A DNA stretch of 58,846 nt from a virus (lineage: Duplodnaviria; Caudoviricetes), in the IMG/VR virus record IMGVR_UViG_3300035670_000241, positions 1-58,846 of that record. One strand, given 5' to 3'. Below, piece by piece: positions 55,006-58,846 of the stretch (positions are counted from its first letter, which is position 1; every line of letters begins with the position of its first letter). Made by a program: the position numbers and the translations under genes. The notes below the pieces were generated by a model. That model searched no databases, was not told the origin of the DNA, and was given only the letters and a program-made list of their open reading frames with translations.

Positions 55006-56416
55006 CTGGCTCAATGTGGAAATAAATCAGTGGACTGATGTTTTTGCTGCGCTCGACATTACGCCCGGCCTTGCACTGATGTTGCAGAACATCGGGCAGT
55101 CCAGACTGGCTTTTGCCATCAGTGATGTTTCGCCACCCGATGGGCAGATAGACCTGATCGCCAAGGTTGACGACATCATTGAGGTCAAGGCCGGTGCCGC
55201 GGGACTCTGGGTTAAACAGTACCAGGGTAACAAGGGCGAAGGCTTGCTGGTTGGACGCACAAAAACAGACTTTAGCAAACTACGGCCATATACCGGGCTT
55301 GATCAAGTCTCAGTATCTGGCGGCACCGGTGGAGGTGGATCCGTGACAAGCCATAGCAGCTTGACCGAATTAGATGCAGATGATCACTTGCAGTATTTCA
55401 ACCAGGTGCGCGGGGATGGTCGTTACCTTCGTAAAGGGAACACCGTGCCGGCCGACATCACCGGCCTGAGTGATCTGCTCACAACGCTGACCAACGCTGT
55501 CGATGCCCGGGTAATTAAGGTTGTCGGCAAAGGTCTATCTGCCAATGATTTTACTGACCTACTGTTAGCCAAGCTCAATAGTTTACCTTCCGGTAGTGCC
55601 GGCAAGGTTAGCTGGGCGGACATCGTGGGTTTCACGCTCCCAGCACATAACCACAATATTGCAGAAGTGTCTGGGCTTCAGGCAGCGTTGGATGGAAAAG
55701 TAAATGTTCAGGCCGGTAAGGGATTATCTACCAACGACTACACCACGGCTGAAAAGAACAAGCTGGCCAGTCTTGAAGGGAGTCATTATCGCGGTGTTTA
55801 TGCATCATTGAGCGCATTACAAAGTGCTGTCACCACGCCAGTCGCTGGCGATTATGCTGATGTTGATGCTGGCGCCGGCTCTGCTGTATCCCGTTTTATC
55901 TGGGATGCATCGGATAGCAACTGGGTGCAGCAAGTAGCCAGTGGCGGCGCAATGACTGGTGCGCAGATTAAGACCGCGCTGTTTGCCGAGGCCGACACTA
56001 ATAATTTCAGCAATAGCTACAAAGCCAAGGTTGATGGTATTGCCACTGGCGCGACCGCTAACGCATCTGATGCCCAGCTCAGGGATAGAAGCACGCATAC
56101 TGGGACGCAGGCGATTAGCACAGTATCTGGATTGCAGACTGCACTTGATAACAAAGCCGGCACATCTACCGCTACCACATCAGCGGCGGGTCTGATGTCT
56201 GGCGCAGACAAGACCAAGCTGGACGGTATAGCGTCCGGTGCCACAGCAAACGCCACAGATGCGCAACTGCGCGACCGTTCAACACATACCGGCACCCAAG
56301 CAATCTCGACTGTTACAGGGCTGCAGACAGCGCTGGATGGCAAGCAAAAAACAATCACACAAAGTGCTACTCAGCCCGCATCACCGCAGGTTGGTGATTT
56401 GTGGATCCAGACTTAG
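54998..56416 (+). CDS. Repetitive tail fibre protein
   Basis: GKGLS.ND repeats, two DGIA.GATANA.DAQLRDRSTHTGTQAISTV.GLQTALD repeats, C-terminal GDLWIQT; AAGGA RBS. Confidence 0.75.
   Translation: MANWLNVEINQWTDVFAALDITPGLALMLQNIGQSRLAFAISDVSPPDGQIDLIAKVDDIIEVKAGAAGLWVKQYQGNKGEGLLVGRTKTDFSKLRPYTGLDQVSVSGGTGGGGSVTSHSSLTELDADDHLQYFNQVRGDGRYLRKGNTVPADITGLSDLLTTLTNAVDARVIKVVGKGLSANDFTDLLLAKLNSLPSGSAGKVSWADIVGFTLPAHNHNIAEVSGLQAALDGKVNVQAGKGLSTNDYTTAEKNKLASLEGSHYRGVYASLSALQSAVTTPVAGDYADVDAGAGSAVSRFIWDASDSNWVQQVASGGAMTGAQIKTALFAEADTNNFSNSYKAKVDGIATGATANASDAQLRDRSTHTGTQAISTVSGLQTALDNKAGTSTATTSAAGLMSGADKTKLDGIASGATANATDAQLRDRSTHTGTQAISTVTGLQTALDGKQKTITQSATQPASPQVGDLWIQT
56033..56338 (+). repeat. Intragenic repeat pair (189-bp offset)
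   Basis: Near-identical ~39-aa units with diverged codons. Confidence 0.8.
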
Positions 56417-56424
56417 GAGTGGTG

Positions 56425-57129
56425 ATGACGATTATTGAATTAGCCCGTGAGATTGCCAAGCCAGAGCATTTGGCGTTGGATAACAACCAATTGCTAGCGA
56501 CGCTGCAGGCAAAGACTATCGCGGAAGGCTCTTTAATTCCGGCCACAACCGTCAACCAGCTGTTTGCAAAGCTGGGTTTGAGCGGGGCAATTAAAGACAT
56601 TGCAGAGACGGTGGGGCACCAGTTCCGTGACGAAATGCTGTCTGTGATGTGGTCAATTGGTGGCAACCACCCGTTTAACTTCATTGAAGGCTCAACAGCG
56701 GGCGACGGCAATCTAGCGATGCTGGACAGCATGATTGCAAACTTGCCGGACTTAGCAGTGAAGCTGCAGCAGTTTCGCGCTGTAGTGTATGACATGGCCA
56801 ACAAAAAGCGGCCATTCGCTGCTGTAACACTGCCGGATCTTGTCGCTGCTCGGACTGCGCAGCTCGATGGTGAATGGCATGAAATAGACGAATCCAGCGA
56901 TCGTCAGTTTGTGGTTAGGCTGTCAGCTGCACCGGTAGAGACAACCTACATTGTGGTCCAAGCACAAGATCAGTATGGCGATGGTGTGTCTGCCTGGTAT
57001 CACGCGACGGCTTTACACGGTATAGCTACTGTTCGTGAATACCAAGCTGCGCTGCCATATAACGGCTATCCACGAAAACTGCGTTGGAAGTGTGATTATT
57101 TGCTTAGCAGCGTAGTGAGCGTCCGATAA
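56425..57129 (+). CDS. Tail-associated protein, paralogue of 2749-3438
   Basis: Shared C-terminal domain; AGGAG RBS. Confidence 0.6.
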   Translation: MTIIELAREIAKPEHLALDNNQLLATLQAKTIAEGSLIPATTVNQLFAKLGLSGAIKDIAETVGHQFRDEMLSVMWSIGGNHPFNFIEGSTAGDGNLAMLDSMIANLPDLAVKLQQFRAVVYDMANKKRPFAAVTLPDLVAARTAQLDGEWHEIDESSDRQFVVRLSAAPVETTYIVVQAQDQYGDGVSAWYHATALHGIATVREYQAALPYNGYPRKLRWKCDYLLSSVVSVR

Positions 57130-58490
57130 TGCCTCATGCTGTAAGCACATCCGGGCAGGGTGCCGACGCTTTTATTTCGATGCCATCTTGCTCAATTAAC
57201 GCCGGTACCAATACCGATATTAGCGGCATTGAAATCGATGTAAAACCACTGACCGGTAGTGCGGCGGGTTTTGTGAACTTACTCGGGTCCAGCAGCAACA
57301 ATACTCACGCGCTAAGGATCAACACAATCACAGGTACGCTGCAATGGCGGAATAGCAGTACCGTCTATCTTGAGTCTGCCGCGGGATCTGTGTCGTTAAA
57401 CGAGCGCCATAAATACGGCGCTGAGTGGGAAGAGTCTACACAATCGTTGTACTTAACAAAAAACGGTGTTCGTATTGCCGGGCCTTATGTTGCTCCCGCC
57501 GCAAACTCACTAATCACAAACATAACGTGGAATCAGATAGGAAAGGTTGGATCTTCAGCTCCCGGCACTGCGGCATTTGAGCTATACGGCGTCCGCACTT
57601 ATGGGACTAACTGTACTTATCAATCACAATGGGATGATAGCGGTTCGAGTGGTTCAGGCACTGCTTGGGTCAATGACGCATCTGATAGAAATCTTACCCT
57701 GATCAGCTTTGCTGGTACAACCAACAGCTGGTGGGTGTTTTACAGCAACCTTTACATCGGTGAAGGCACAATCAGTGTCAGCGCGACAGCATCAGCAGCT
57801 TTGGCCAGTTCCAAAGTTGGTAATGCATCTGTGTCGGCTGTTGCTGCTGCAGTGGCGGCCACTCAGGGAAGTAAAATTGGCTCTGCAGTACTGAGTCTGC
57901 CCACAACTGCCGGCATCCTTTTGTCGGCGAGTAAAAACACCTCAGCCAGTATCACGGTACCAATTAATGCGGTGCTGGGCATAGCAGCAAACAAAGTCGG
58001 CGTTGCTCCACTTTATGTAGAGGCTGTCGCAGATATCAGTCTTTATGCAGGCAATATCGTTGTCGGCGAAGGGACGTTCTCTGTCACTGCAACGGCGCTT
58101 GCTTCAGTCCAGGGCGAGAAGGTTGGCCAAAGCCAGGTGCATTTTGCTGCAGCCGCTGCTGTTTACAGCTCAGTTGTTAAACAAGGCGCTTCTGGTGTCA
58201 CTGCCAGTGCGAATGCTGCAATCGTAGCGCAGGCCAGCAAGACCGGTCATGCGACAACACAACTTGCAGGCGCTGTCTCATTATCTGCCGATGGCTACAA
58301 AGTAGGCCTCGGCTCAGTCGCCGTTTTAGCGTCAGCAACCATATCCCTTTCTGGCAGCAACCCTGCTGCATTGCCGGCTCCAGTTGCCTTGCTGTTTGTA
58401 CGCAGCAGCAGCCGTTACACCCACAGCATGCGGACCTCTGGCCGCTACAGCTACCACTTAAAGACATCCAGCGGAGGTGCACGTGTCTGA
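57129..58490 (+). CDS. Tail protein: LamG-like domain + Ala/Ser-rich repeat stalk
   Basis: N-terminal domain nearly identical to 3440-4195; C-terminal ~19-aa periodic K(V/I)G..A repeats. Confidence 0.65.
   Translation: MPHAVSTSGQGADAFISMPSCSINAGTNTDISGIEIDVKPLTGSAAGFVNLLGSSSNNTHALRINTITGTLQWRNSSTVYLESAAGSVSLNERHKYGAEWEESTQSLYLTKNGVRIAGPYVAPAANSLITNITWNQIGKVGSSAPGTAAFELYGVRTYGTNCTYQSQWDDSGSSGSGTAWVNDASDRNLTLISFAGTTNSWWVFYSNLYIGEGTISVSATASAALASSKVGNASVSAVAAAVAATQGSKIGSAVLSLPTTAGILLSASKNTSASITVPINAVLGIAANKVGVAPLYVEAVADISLYAGNIVVGEGTFSVTATALASVQGEKVGQSQVHFAAAAAVYSSVVKQGASGVTASANAAIVAQASKTGHATTQLAGAVSLSADGYKVGLGSVAVLASATISLSGSNPAALPAPVALLFVRSSSRYTHSMRTSGRYSYHLKTSSGGARV
57420..57583 (+). repeat. 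164-bp perfect direct repeat, copy 2
   Basis: Identical to 3731-3894. Confidence 0.95.
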
Positions 58491-58803
58491 GTTATTAACC
58501 CTCCGTCAGGGCACTGGCGGCGTTATCAACGTAGCGCATGACGTCGATGGCGTGCCCATTAGCGGCATTCAGGCTGCGAAGTATCAATTGTTCGACAGGG
58601 ACGGCGCAGTACTGCTGACTTTGTCACTTGGCAATGGCATCAGCTGGAATGGTGGTGTCATCGCCATCACAATCACTGCAGCGATGGCTGACCCATTGAA
58701 TACATTTTATACCCACGAATGCGCGGTTATCGACACCGATGGCCGCGACCTTATCGTCCTAGACGGACCACTTCAGTTCAAACCAAGAAAAGTAAGGAAT
58801 TAG
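58483..58803 (+). CDS. Small tail/baseplate-like beta protein
   Basis: GGAGG RBS before GTG; beta-sandwich-like pattern. Confidence 0.55.
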   Translation: MSELLTLRQGTGGVINVAHDVDGVPISGIQAAKYQLFDRDGAVLLTLSLGNGISWNGGVIAITITAAMADPLNTFYTHECAVIDTDGRDLIVLDGPLQFKPRKVRN

Positions 58804-58805
58804 CC

Positions 58806-58846
58806 ATGTTAACCGCAGCAGCTAAAAATCAGGCAGCGAATGCCAT
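58806..58846 (+). CDS. Partial tail gene (truncated by the window end)
   Basis: AAGGA RBS; MLTAAAKNQAANA... Confidence 0.4.
   Translation, partial: MLTAAAKNQAANA

Noticed and set aside
51460-58846. Invertase-driven tail-fibre shufflon
   Set aside because: Both cassettes are on the same strand; no serine invertase or inverted crossover sites were seen
58806-58846. Seamless circular join or terminal repeat between the window ends
   Set aside because: No end overlap; joining gives only a short ORF out of frame with the gene ending at base 20, so some sequence is probably missing
1-58846. CRISPR array, tRNA or rRNA genes
   Set aside because: No regularly spaced repeat-spacer array or cloverleaf was recognised by eye; a tRNAscan run would be needed to exclude tRNAs fully

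Overview
The window looks like a near-complete (~58.8 kb) temperate podovirus-like phage genome of a probable gammaproteobacterial host, opened inside the tail region. The gene order (tail/ejection genes, then attP-like region and integrase, then the early-left operon) suggests an excised circular form, although the two window ends do not join cleanly. Modules: second tail-fibre cassette (21-4195); ejection/DNA-transfer genes including a ~2670-aa polyvalent protein (4290-16571); attP-like region and tyrosine integrase (17240-18824); AT-rich membrane protein + ImmA/IrrE peptidase cassette (18995-19965); leftward early operon (SSB, C5 and N6 DNA methyltransferases, RecT, RecE-like exonuclease); lambda-like cI/cro/cII switch with recognisable operators; replication genes with iterons; RusA and a Q-like antiterminator; late promoter; candidate anti-defence sponge genes (Gp49-family and a Tad2/DUF2829 fusion); lysis genes; terminases, portal, scaffold, N4-gp56-type capsid, tail tubular proteins and the first tail-fibre cassette (51460-58846). 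The most notable observations are: two paralogous multi-gene tail-fibre cassettes, each carrying a permuted papain-like peptidase and sharing a perfect 164-bp repeat; an anti-defence sponge pair beside a LexA-box-controlled antisense gene; candidate defence cargo genes; and a C4/CI-like RNA leader that occludes a ribosome-binding site. All family assignments come from motif recognition by eye; no database searches were run.
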